From the NCBI RefSeq assembly GCF_006345805.1, contig NC_043004.1, positions 47,120,001-47,184,000 of the forward strand: a DNA stretch of 64,000 nucleotides. Direction: 5' to 3'. Below are positions 1 to 12,500 of this stretch, piece after piece. This DNA comes from Octopus sinensis. Lineage: Eukaryota. The position numbers and the translations under genes were made by a program. The notes under the pieces are model-generated. The model was not told the DNA's origin, made no database searches, and saw only the letters and a program-made list of their open reading frames with translations. How positions within the stretch are numbered: position 1 is the first letter of the stretch; each line of letters starts with the position of its first letter.

Positions 1-1804
1 ACGTATTTGTTGTGGTGAAAATGACAGATAACCAGTTGTAACAATATTCTAAGCACAATACATCTTACGAGTAGTCATTTGTCTGAATGTTTCATGTTAT
101 AAAATAATAATCTACTCTAAACAATTTGTTTGCTATAACTTATATATGGAGCTAATACAATGTTAAGTATAACAACCAATAGTACGCTGGGGGAAATAAT
201 GCACGAAAAGCATGAGTTAAATTTACAATCGAATACCTGTTTTATGTATCTATACATACAAATTAATCTATATTTATCGTTAGCATATGAGAGTCAGTTT
301 CACATCATATTCCATTACAAACAATGATTTAAGACCAATGAACAATATTTACGTGAACGTAAAGAGCAGTATTTGATTACTATACCACAAAAATGTATTT
401 CATTTGTATTTGAAGTTATTGTAGTTTGCTTATCTTATAGCAATCTTTCTACGGATGAAATTAGAATAAAGCATATTCATATTCCTGAATTTCGAATAGT
501 TCGTACCCAGACAAAAGAATGAAATAATAACGACATTTATAGGTCCTGTGCAAAAGCACAATTTGAGGTAAGTAGATTTGCAGAATATTTCATTAGAACT
601 TACCTATATTAAGCAGGCAGGGCTATCCAATGAAAAGTCCTCCCCATATCTAGTGCAGGTGATAATAGGTACTAATCTTTTAGTACCTATTTTCTGTCAT
701 AGCTTTCTAAATAATTCTTATACATAAACTAAGTCATTTAGATGCACACATATGTATGCGCGTGCATATGTGCGACTATGGTGTTGCAAGCTGGTGAACA
801 TAACCTGCTCAAAAATACAGTCAAGTAGATCACTCAGCTTCAGTTAGTTAATACTATTCGGGTTCAGTTTACTTTTCTTCCTGCAAGCCGAAATACAACT
901 AAATTCACGATGATGTTGTCACGCCATCATCGACAACCAATAACTGAATATACGTGTAGAGAATATAGATGTAACAGATTATTTAGTTCACACTGCATCA
1001 GATAGTGTGACATTTATATACATCCATTAGATCATATCCAAATGTGTTGAATAGCTTTTTAAACACCTGATAGAGGAAAAATAACTATCGTCCTAGATAT
1101 GTACAGTTGGAAACAAAATAAAATAATTTACTGACATGTATTATGACTTAAACCGCTTTTCCTTAATATTCATTTAACGATATTTTCATGTTGATATTCA
1201 CCTTATCTGAGGTAGAAGGCTTTTTGCCAAGATTGTGGTGAAATTTACAATTATGATACAAGTCTCCAAGGTTTCTATCACTGATAGGTGACTATAAGGA
1301 AAGTAGTCACTATGAAAGTCACTAACACAAGAATTTTTTCTCATCATTATAACTAATAGTAACTGCACATACATATAATAACATATCTAAATATGAAAAT
1401 TTATTCGACAAGTGATCAACCAACGAGTACATGATTTTCAAATGTATCATTTGAAGGCAGTGATGCATAGATTGAATTGAACATATCTTATAGAAAGTAG
1501 CACCCAGGTATTATAGTTATTGATCATTTAATATAATATTAAATATAATAAATACAATAGAACTTATTTTATCGATTTGTGAATAGCGAATGTCTGAAAA
1601 CATCTGTAACAATTATTGGCAAGTAAAATAGTTATTGGGGGGAAAAAGATACACACATGTACACATTTTAAAATTATATAATTGTGTGTATTTGTGCGTG
1701 TGTGCATGTGCGTGTGCGTTTGCGTGTGTGTGCGTAGGAAGAGAGAAGTAGACAGTTGATGAGAGACATGTATGCAGAAAGAAAGACAGAAACAGATGAA
1801 AGGT

Positions 1805-1867
<63 letters not shown>

Positions 1868-1985
1868 TAGAGAGAGAGAGAGATAAATAGATAGCTAGAT
1901 AGATAGAGAGAGAGATAAATAGATAGATAGATAGATAGAGAGAGAGATATAAATAGATAGATAGATAGATAGAATGATAGATAGA
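1805..1985. repeat. Compound (TA)n/(AG)n/(ATAG)n microsatellite
   Basis: Read directly; it explains the IYIY/LSIY ORFs at 1564-2191. Confidence 0.95.
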
Positions 1986-3129
1986 TACGCATTTCCAGTA
2001 TACATGTGTGTGCGCGTGCGTGTATTGTGTCTGTGCGTGCATTACATATGTATTTATATAGATATATGCATATACATAAATATATACATATATTATATAT
2101 ACATATATTATATATACATGTTATATATGCATATATAATCATATTATATACGTATTCGTGTACTTATATAAGAATGAGTGGATATGTCTAGAGAAAAGTT
2201 TATATGTGTACATATTAATACGTATGTATGGCAACAAAAGTGTGTTATAATCATAATATATTTACGATATCAGACAATAAATACTGTAATCGAAAAATAT
2301 CAAAGAAAGAATCGGTTAATGTTATTGATTTTATAATCTACTTTCCCGTAATTGAAAAGTATCACAACAAATTTAGTTAGTGAGAATAACGTTCGCTTAT
2401 GATACTTCTGTAATAACGATTGTACTTATACCAAAGCGATTAAAGCAAAATGTTGATAAAGTGAATAAAATAACGATATCAGAATATCCGGCAAATATAT
2501 AGATGGCAAAAAAATCAGCTACATCGAACTATTAAATTATCAATTATATTTTAGTTCTCATTTCCTTGACATTGTCCTGTATGTTCATTGCATTAGTTTT
2601 GAAGACGCTATCTGGAAAGAGCGATCACTAGGATTATACTGTGAAGTTTACCTTACTTAAATGCAGGTTAGAAATATTGTGCATGATATCTGATAAACAA
2701 GCTACTGAATATATTGCTACAAAGTTTAGTTTGATAAATTTAGTCTTTCTTCTGTAGAACATGCTTTCTCTGTGTACATTGTATATCAAATAATTTAAGA
2801 ATGAAACAGAACTAACAAGGAAGCCCTTATATGGTTTCATGTTTCAAGAGAAACAACTAAATTCTGAATTAGAAGATGCGAAAAGACATAATACATTGGT
2901 TATTGTAATAATCCAAGAAGTATTTTTGAACTATGGGGGAATAATAGCTGAGATACAATGTATTCCATATAAGGGCTGCTTGTTCATGGCTGAAATTCCA
3001 AAATATATAATGTTCTCAACTAATTGACAGTCTCTCATTAAGGGAAATACTATAACAGGATTTATTATTTTTTCTACCAGGTATAGTTATCTCAGTTGTT
3101 ACAAATACGTCCTTGAGATCAATTTCAGT

Positions 3130-3330
3130 TTTTGGGGGATGGCTGTTTGATGTTACTACTGCTGTTTAACCCCAGGAAGGGACTGCTCTAGCTGGTTATC
3201 GATGTAGACGGCAGCCAGTATATTTTGCAAGCAGGGGAACGAACCCATACCATCTAGCAGACGATGAGATCACCAGACTGAACGGTTTCGGACTATTTGA
3301 ACCCCCCATCAGTGCTGAACACCCAGCCGC
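3130..3330 (-). repeat. Dispersed repeat copy carrying a hammerhead-like motif (same family as 34095-34601)
   Basis: Shares blocks with 34190-34345 (TATATTTT..CAGGGGA; ACGGTTTCGG..TATTT). Confidence 0.6.
3271..3317 (-). ncRNA. Degenerate type I hammerhead ribozyme-like motif
   Basis: Minus strand reads CAGCA-CUGAUGG-GGGGUUCAAAUAGUCC-GAA-AC-CGUUCA-GU-C-UGGUG. Stem I pairs 4/5, GUC triplet present, core A9 replaced by G, stem II imperfect. Confidence 0.5.
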
Positions 3331-4299
3331 TAGAGATTAATTCTTTATTACAGGTACAAGGTCTAATTACTGAGGGAACATACAAAGATATGCGGGAACA
3401 TAAAACATATGAAAGATGAATGTGGAATAAGTATATTTACAATGCAAATGAGTCGACCATCTAGTTCTAGCTGCGAGATGAAACCGTGTATTCCTTTAAC
3501 ACAACCTTTAGCCTCGCTCCGAGGCGAAACCGCGACTTCCCTATTCGCTTTTGGCCTACCATTCTAAACCAATGTTCATATAGTCCTTAGTTATTTCTTT
3601 TCCTTTTATTAAACTAAAAGAAAACCAAATGTTTATCACAGTGTTCAAAAAAACTTTTGCAAACTTGTTCATTTAACAGTTTCAAATTTTACATTATTTT
3701 CCGTTTTTTTTTCCTAAAACGTTCAAACAATCATTCCTCTCAGTCACAGTCTTTACAACATTATAATGAATTACGACTTATCCTTTCAAGTTGGGAGGTC
3801 ATATCTCACTATCATTTTTCTTTTCGTTTGTGCTTTTCACGTCTCTTTTTGCTCCTATTTTCCTGCTTTTTTATGGGTTCTTGTATTTCCGTCTCTAAAT
3901 CTGTGTGTTTCTGTATTTGTATTTCTGTGTGTTCGTTCGACTGCAACTCTACGTGTTTCGTCTTTGTGTATATGTCTTTAGTTTTCACTTTGGTCGATAT
4001 ATAGAAATACTGGATTTCTCCCGTCTTTACTTTATTGCTTTTGAGCCAGCACACATGTGCTAAATTTAGAACACATAAACGTTGCATACTTTATACTATG
4101 CAAATGTATTTCGTATTGCAAATGTTAGAGGGGTCGCAAGAGATCAATTTCCTAACACTACTTGCATTTTTTTCCTTTTGTCAGAAATTTCGATTCTTAC
4201 TAGGATTTCGGAAAATGATTTTTTTCCTGTACAAGATTTTATGTAAACAAACTCATTAAGAAACAGGTTTATCTATTCCATGTCTTATCTTCCCAGGTT

Positions 4300-5070
4300 T
4301 AATTTGAGTTTTATGACTATTAGATGAGCAAAAGAACATGATTAATATTCAGTTGACTACTTAATGGAGCTGAATTTTAAGTTCTTTCTCATAAACAAAA
4401 ATCAATGGATAGTCGTAGAGATTGAAGAAAACCATCCCAGTGTCAAGTCTCCGTCGCTGCATTTCTAGTGTATATTGATTTTGCTAAATTCATATTCCAT
4501 GTATTGGTATTGATACAATCGGCTACTCTACAATACTAACGATTGAGAATATGTCAGAGGTTATCAAAATTGGGAAGAGTTTGCGATACCATCGACTACT
4601 ACGTGAACTCCATGACAAAGGTACCACAAATGCGTGCATGTGAACACCAAACGAAACAACATGAGTAGTAAAGCGTCCATGTTGATGAACACACCAACCT
4701 TCGCCACCCTGTCACTAATTCGACAAAATCATGTCATGAAGGGCTCAGTTGGGATGTCCTACATCATTCACCATATATTCCTGACACAAGGTATCAGAAT
4801 ATTATCTTTTCTGTTAGTTGAAAAGGAGTCCTAAATGTGTTTCGTTCTAAAGCGGTGTTGAACTGAAAAGGTTTTGGTTGATTCTTCTAGTGAAGACCTA
4901 GAAAATTGTACCATGATGGCATTGTCAAACTAGTGGAACGTTGCGAAGAAGTCGTGAAGGATGAACACTGTTACATTGACTGATTGGTTAAAAGTGTTGA
5001 GGAAAATTAAGGATAAAAGAATTAAAATGAATGGAGTAAAAGAACGAATTTATCACATAAAAAAGTATAT
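4300..5070 (+). mobile_element. Decayed mariner transposase fragment
   Basis: Interrupted frames give LSWDVLHHSPYIPD (cf. mariner LGWDVLPHPPYSPD) and DGIVKLVERCEEVVKDEHCYID (cf. GIxKLxERWEKVV..DG.Y..D). Confidence 0.7.
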
Positions 5071-5499
5071 TTATTAAGATTGCTCAGATATCTTTATAAT
5101 CAAGAGTGGTACAATTCAAATCGTAATGCAGGGAACAGAAATAACGATTTTTTTTTAAATCCGAAAATAGGATGATACTGATATAAAGAAAATACGAGAT
5201 AGACTGTGACTTGTAGACATCCATGACAATTTTTGGGCGGGTGGGAGAGGATTAAAAATATTTATTTTTTAGAAAAATGACAATGGCTTTGAACTTCTGT
5301 CAGGTAAAGCATTTGTAGTTGTTTGAAACGCAAAGCTTAGAAGCCACTGTTACTTTGAAATACATATATACACATATTTACATGTATATATATTACAGTT
5401 TGATGTATGTACGTATATATATATGAAATATGTTATCTTTGTATGTGTGGTTTAAATATGCATTAATCAATAATATTATTAGCATTCTTCTCTCTTTTT

Positions 5500-6380
5500 A
5501 TAATGGACTAAGAATGGGAATGGTGTAAGTATGACATTCAAGATTACCTTTCTGAAAACACTGGCAAACACATTCAGCTTGGTGAGATAACCCGCAGCTA
5601 TTGAGGATTATAAATTCTCTTTCTTCTCCGTTCACCTCAATTTTGTTGGCACTCCAAAATGGTGGATGTAAATAAATTCTGACTTTAGTTCTACAAATAT
5701 AGGCATCCGTTCTTCCTATCATAGCAGCATTGTAGGACAAAGTCGCTCTGGCACCATCCTTATAATAATATTGGCAGACTGGTCAATTCCTTGATCAGCG
5801 ATTGTTCCAACAGCAGTAATTGTCACAGGTTTCTTTCTGAATATGAAGTTTGCAAGCTATGTTGTATAAACACCAATTTCCAAGATACCCCCACCACCAA
5901 AAGAGCACTGAGAAATACATGGCTTTGAAAGTATGCCAACAAAGAAATGACACATCAATACAGCGCGTCTTTCCTCTGGTTCCAGACTCAATTTTTCTCT
6001 AATAGCTGCGTAATCTGAGAATAAGTTAAACCACATATACACCATTAAAAATAATTTCTGTGATTTTGCAAGTTCAAACATTTCTTCTGTCTCCGTCAGA
6101 TTTGTATCACAAGTTTTCTCACACCGAGTTGGCTTGCCATTGTTAAGCATGAGAATGGAAAGAGGATGATGGTAACAGTTGATGGTCGAAAGGTATACCA
6201 AATCTACGTTAGGATATTTGACAACTTCTTCGTAGGTGTGATATACGTTTGGTATCTTAAATTATTCATCATATTTCTAAGCCTTCTGCTAAAGACTCGG
6301 ATACGGCAAGATTTAGTTTGTGACTCAAAGTATCCAAGCATTGCAAACATTGCAAAAATCACTTGCAATTCGACATCCAT
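5500..6380 (-). mobile_element. Decayed P-element/THAP9-like transposase fragment
   Basis: Minus frames give REKLSLEPEERRAVLM..SKPCI, TAVGTIADQG and KVRIYLHPPFWS, in the order expected for the P-transposase RNase H core (CVLxFDEM, IxDQG, YDxPHLxK). Multiple stops and frameshifts. Confidence 0.45.
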
Positions 6381-6457
6381 GATAATTTAATACTGAGAAA
6401 ATAATACAAAAAGTACCATATATGCATATTCATATACATAAATATATATATGTGTGC

Positions 6458-6491
<34 letters not shown>

Positions 6492-7432
6492 GGGGGGAGG
6501 GAGGGAGAGAGAGAGAAAAAGAAATTTGTAAGTCTAAACTACTTTCGGAGAATGTATTCTTTAAATGTAGGAAATTATAACTTCTCTGTGAGTATGATTC
6601 CACTGTCCGAAATGATTATTTTACTTGGCAAATACCATGCTACAATACGCATGTATTCAAAAGCAATACTACGTGACTAAGAGATAAGAGTATATATTTA
6701 CATTCTGTGCATACCAAATTCAAAATTTTAATTAAAATTTACATTGAATAGCGAGCGAAATATTCAGAGACACTCGCTTATATGTTATTTTACGCAGTAA
6801 CTTGTTTTCCCGCCTTTAAATAAATAGAACATAGTGGCAATTGATCACCGATGTCAATAGCAGCTCCCTTTGAAATATGAATATCTTTTGGTTATATCCA
6901 CGCGCTAAATTTACCATTATATTATTCAGTCTCTCACTCACAAAAATTATTTTGAAGCATTTTCATATGACTTTGTTTTCTTTTCTTTCGTATGGATAGA
7001 TATATAATAGCAGAAAACAGTGATCAGTTTAGAAAAAAATATATATATACAATGCTTATGAATTCTCGTCATAAGTCTACGGGCATTATATATACTTATT
7101 GTCTAGAATAACAAAATTATTTTCTTAAAACAAACGCAAGATGATTCATTGATTTATTGAATATGCAAACGATGAGAATATGTTAATGTTAACTCTATTT
7201 AACTTTCCTGTCTTTCCTTCTTTATACTTTACATTATCTATTAGCTCATCTCTCCGAGCCATAAATTTTCTTTTATAATCATTAAATATTTCCACTAAAA
7301 TGAACTTGTTTTTTTTTACAAAGGAACTACAAGATTGTAAGCCAGTGTTGCGTACACACACTCGCGCGGTCACACTCACACACCCTTATATGTATGTATG
7401 CATATATACACATATATATATATATACATATA

Positions 7433-7483
<51 letters not shown>

Positions 7484-7549
7484 AACTTAAGTATGTACAT
7501 TTGTGTATATACATACATATATATATATATATATACACACATAAATATG

Positions 7550-7587
<38 letters not shown>

Positions 7588-8361
7588 TGCATTCACATAC
7601 GCGCCATTATTGAAATATCTTTGCTATTGTTTATTCGTAAATCGCTCTCAGTCAACTTATGTACCATTACGTGATTCACATTTGATATAAGAATACAGAA
7701 TTAGGTTTCTATTGATAGAAGTTAAATCAACAAAATTTCCTATATGGTTAGGTGGATTATAGAATGTAATTGTTGTCAAAGAATTCAATTAATGAAATAT
7801 GCCGCGACATTTTTCTTAGTTATAAGAACAAATGAAAGATATCAGAAAACATGTAAAAAAAAGTCAATAATAAAATAATGATATGGACAACAAATGTGAG
7901 CGAGGTTAAATAGAGCAAATTTCTTTTTCTTAAGATTAAATAAGGATTTGTGTACGATTGGACCTGGCTCAAATCATTACAGGTAATTCTTAAAATCGAA
8001 GATATTCAGAATTATATTTGAATGGAAGAATTTATTTCAAGCAATTGATGACATAAAATATACAGTATAGTTTATAATGCGTCAAGTATGTAGTAAAGCA
8101 GTATAAGTATTTGATACGATTCAAAATCGTTGACGTTCTGTATATAAATACTCCCACTACGTTGATAACAAAACTTTCAATAATTATTGACCTGGGGATA
8201 CGGAAAGACAAACTTAAAGGGATTTATCTTCTCATGTAATAAATCATGTGCAAATATTTCTACGTTATGCAATAGTTGTGTGAAATCGTCATGAATTTCC
8301 ATGAAAGTGTGTTGCAATTATTTCTGACGAAAAGACAGCCGGTCTCACGGTCGTTACAATA

Positions 8362-8802
8362 TTGCGATCTTTTCGGTTTGAACGGCAGTTTTTTCTAGCG
8401 GTGTCATATGGAATTGTCACCCATAATTAATACCCTACTATCGATCTATTGTATTTCAATCTGTTTTAGGGTTAGGGTTAGTTAGAGTTAGGATTAGGGT
8501 TAGGGAGAAAGGTATCTTTATTTCTTCACAAATGTAAATAAACCCAATCTGTTTCTTCAACGAGGGACATATTCATACGGCATAGAATGTTTTTTATTAC
8601 CTCAATAGACGTATTTGATTAGTTGAAATTGCAGAAATTGAAGAAAAAGACAACAAATATCTTACAAATTATAGAATTTTCTCAATAAAGCCAAGAGAAA
8701 AAGATGTTTTATAAACACATTCTACCAGTATACTAAGTTTAAAATGTTTTAGTTACCTAGAAATTATGTTAAAAACTGCCGTTCAAACCGAAAAGATCCC
8801 CA
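8362..8802. mobile_element. Non-autonomous TIR element (~440 bp) with TA target-site duplication and internal TTAGGG repeats
   Basis: GATCTTTTCGGTTTGAACGGCAGTTTTT (8366-8393) is the exact reverse complement of 8771-8798. TA flanks at 8360-8361 and 8803-8804. Degenerate (TTAGGG)n at 8466-8505. Confidence 0.85.
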
Positions 8803-9524
8803 TATTTTCTCCCGGTCGTTACAATACTGTCAATATTTTCTACTATAACCCTCCTTGATGCAACAAAATACATGATCAGTGTAATACTTATTAGCTTTGT
8901 TGATTTGACACTATCACCAGTTTGAACATATTTAGGCACTTTCATATTTTTGATAACAATAAAGAAGAGCATATGAAATAAAGTATTACTTTACAGAACA
9001 GTATTTTAAATTATTGAAAAACTAATTTGTTTCCAAACGATTATTACCTTCAATAACCAACTCCAAAGTTTAGTCTATGGACATATATTTGCATTGAGAT
9101 AACTTTCCTTATAATTTTGAAGGTATATTATAGTCGGATGATATAGAAAAATTCCATTTTCTGAACAGGTTTGTGAGCAATATCAGCCAGTGTCGGCGTT
9201 TCATGATTTCTCTGATTCCACTGCATCAGTTGTTTTTTCGTTCTGTTTTTATTACTTGCAATTAGTTGCCACATACAGGAGTTTCTTGTAATAGTGCTTC
9301 ACGTCGAAATGTGTTTTTATTGAGGTTATGAATGTCAGATATCTTGGGGTGTCAAATGAAATTAGTTACAGCATAGAATTATACTTTTCTACACAATGAA
9401 AGGTGCTACTGCCAGAGGCCACACCTCAGTTTCCCAATATTTGAAATTTGGGTAATATACAGTGGGCGTCCAACTCACATTACTACTATAATTCTGTATA
9501 GAAATTATAATTGTAAAACCCTCG

Positions 9525-9571
9525 TTGTTATTATTATTATTATCATTATTATTATTATTATTATTATTATT
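9525..9571 (-). repeat. (TAA)n array at the 3' junction of the R4/Dong element
   Basis: (TTA)n on the + strand directly abutting the element 3' UTR. Confidence 0.9.
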
Positions 9572-12500
9572 CAGTAGTTTTATTTTTATAGTGTGCTTTC
9601 ACTTCACTACCGAGCGCAGCTCTGTGTGCCTTGGGTATGTGCTGTGATTTGTTGTGATGCTCTGATGGTTATTGTATGGAAAGTGTTCTGCGTAGGATGT
9701 GTGCAGTGCCTAGTAGTGCAATTTTCTGTATGTTATATGTGTTTGTAAGTCCTGGTGTTTTTGTTATGTATTTGTCTGAATATTTTTTTATCATGCCTAA
9801 TGCACCTACTATGATAGGAATTGTTTCTGTTTTCAGGTTCCACATTCTAGTTATCTCTATTTCCAGGTCTTTGTATTTTGAGAGTTTCTCCATTTCTTTT
9901 AGAGACACGTTGTCATCTGCCGGTATTGATACATCAATTAGAAAGCATTTTTTTCTTCATGATCTCTGACAACTATATCTGGTCTGTTGGCCTTAATTTC
10001 TCTATCTGTGTGTATCGGCATATCCCATAGTATGGTTGCATTCTCGTTTTCTGTGACCTTTTCTGGTGTGTGCCTATACCATCTTTTTTCTGTTGTTATT
10101 CCATAATGTTGGCATAGCTTCCAATGTATGTAGGTTCCAACTCTGTCATGTCTGTGAATATATTCCTTCTTAGCCAGGACTGGGCAGCTAGAGATAATAT
10201 GATTTATTGTTTCTTGTCCATCTCCACATATTCTGCAGTTACTTGTAATATTTCTTTTCATTACATGTTTTTGGTAATTTCTGGTGGGGAGGCTTTGGTC
10301 TTGTGCTGCAATTAAAAATCCCTCTGTTTCTGCTTTGAGTACTGAGCTTCTCAACCATTGCTGGTATTTTTCTTTGTCTATTTCTTTTGCGTTTAGTTTA
10401 GAGCAGTATTTACCATGAAGGGGCTTTTCTTGCCATCGTTTTATCATGGTTCGTTGCTGTTCTATTTTTAGTTTGGATTTCATTTGTTTTATAGCTTTTG
10501 TTGTTTCTTCATCATCTTCTTCTTCTTCTTTGTGTTTATTAGGTGGTATGATTTCTTGTTTGTATTTGTCAGCTTCCTTAAATACTGAGAACAGTTTTTT
10601 GTTTTGCTCGTGTTTTGCTGCTACCTGGATCAGTTTTCCTTCCTTCTGAAGTAGGTATTTTTGCAGTCCTATGGTGGTTATTTTATAGTGGTTTTCCAGC
10701 TGTATAAGGCCTCTACCACCTTCTATACGTTGTATATATAGTCTTTCCATGTCAGAGTTTGGGTGATGCATCCTAAATCCTGTCAGTATTTTTCTTGTTT
10801 TCCTATCTATTTTGGACAGTTCATTTCGTGTCTAGTTAAGGATATTGTAGCTGTAACTTATAACTGGGACAGCTAAAGTGTTGCTACCTATTATCTTGTT
10901 TTTAGCATTGAGCTCTGTGTTTAGTATTGATCTAACTCGTCTATAATATTCTTTTTTTATTTTCTCTTTCATTTGTGTGTGTTGTGTCTTATCTACTTCA
11001 TGGATTCCTAAGTATTTGTAAGTTTGGCTTTGGTCTAATTCTTTTATTTCATTGGTTTTATCTAGTGTGATGTTGTTACTCTTAACTAGTTTTCCTCTTT
11101 TCATGGTTACTTTGGCGCATTTTTCTAATCCAAATTTCATATCTATTTCTTTGGTAAATCCATGAACTGTCTTTAATAGTGTTTCCAGTTGTTTGTCATT
11201 TGCAGCGTATAGTTTTAGGTCATCCATATATAAAAGGTGGCTGATCGTTTTGCCGTAACATTTATATCCGCATCCAGTTCTAATTAGCATATCAGATAGA
11301 GGTGACAGTGCCAAGCAGAAAAGGAGTGGAGACAGCGTGTCTCCCTGGTATATTCCTCTTCTAATGGGGATGTCTTTGGTTTTTATGAGTCCCTCTTTTG
11401 TTTGGAGGTGTAGGACTGTTTGCCATTTATTCATAGAGTGCTCTATGAATTTTATGATTGTTGGTGCTATTTGTTAATGGCTAGTGTTTCGAGGATCCAT
11501 GTGTGGGGGATGCTATCAAACGCCTTTTTGTAGTCAATCCAGGCCATTCTGAGGCCTTTCTTCTTTCTGTGGCTTTCTTCAGTTACGGCTTTATTAATCA
11601 TTAGTTGATCTTTACAGCCATATGAGCCCTTGCGGCATCCTTTCTGCTCTTCTGGGAACACTTTGTTTTCGTCCAGGTGCTTGTTCAGCCTTTGCGATAT
11701 CACTGCAGTAAATGCCTTGAACATAGTAGGGAGGCAAGTTATTGGTCTGTAGTTTTCTGGTTTTGTTGTTTCATTTGATTTGGGAATTAAGATGGTTTTC
11801 TCCTTCGGGAGCCATTCAGGCATTGTCTCTGGCTCTGCTAGTATGCTGTTAAAGTTTTCAGCCAGCTTTTTGTGCACTCCTGTTAGATATTTCAACCAGA
11901 AGTTGGGGATCTTGTCATGCCCAGGTGCCTTCCAGTTGCTTAGTTTTTGCAGTGCCTGGGTGACCTCTTCAGTTGTTATGGGGGTCCAAAGTTGTTCAGA
12001 TGCCGAGTTTGTTATTTTCATACTCCTTTTTTTTGGCTGTTCGTTCGCCGACCATATTTCTCTCCAGAATTCTTCCAATTCTTCTGCCGTTGGTGCTGCA
12101 GTGACTTCTATTTTATTTTTGCCCAGTTCTTGGTAGAACTTTTTGGGGTCGGAGTTGAACTGTTTGTTCTGTTCAAAGAAGCGTTGGCGTTTCTCGTACC
12201 GGCGGATCCTTTGAGCTTTGGCAAGGATATCTTGCTTCATCTTTTCTTTTATCTCCGGCAAATCTTTTTCTGTGATGTTATATTTGCGGAGCATTTTTGT
12301 TCTCTTTTTGTTGCTTAGTAGCGTTGCTTGTTTGCTGATTTCATTAAGAATCGACAGGTCTTTTCTAATTTTTTAAATTTTGTTTTGGATGTTATTTATC
12401 CACAGGGTTTGTTTGGGTGGTGGTACTCCTGTTTGGGCGGGTTTGGGTGAGTATCCAGCTTCTTTTGTGGCTGCAGTGGCTGCTGCGTATATCAAGTTAT

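Noticed and set aside
1564-2191. ORFs rich in IY/YI, HT, CV repeats (also at 7.3, 18.2, 22.9, 24.6, 48, 51-52, 57.8 and 61 kb)
   Set aside because: They are translations of (TA)n, (CA)n and (TG)n microsatellites, which lack stops in some frames.
8466-8505. True telomere or chromosome-fusion site
   Set aside because: Only ~6 degenerate units, enclosed within a TIR element.
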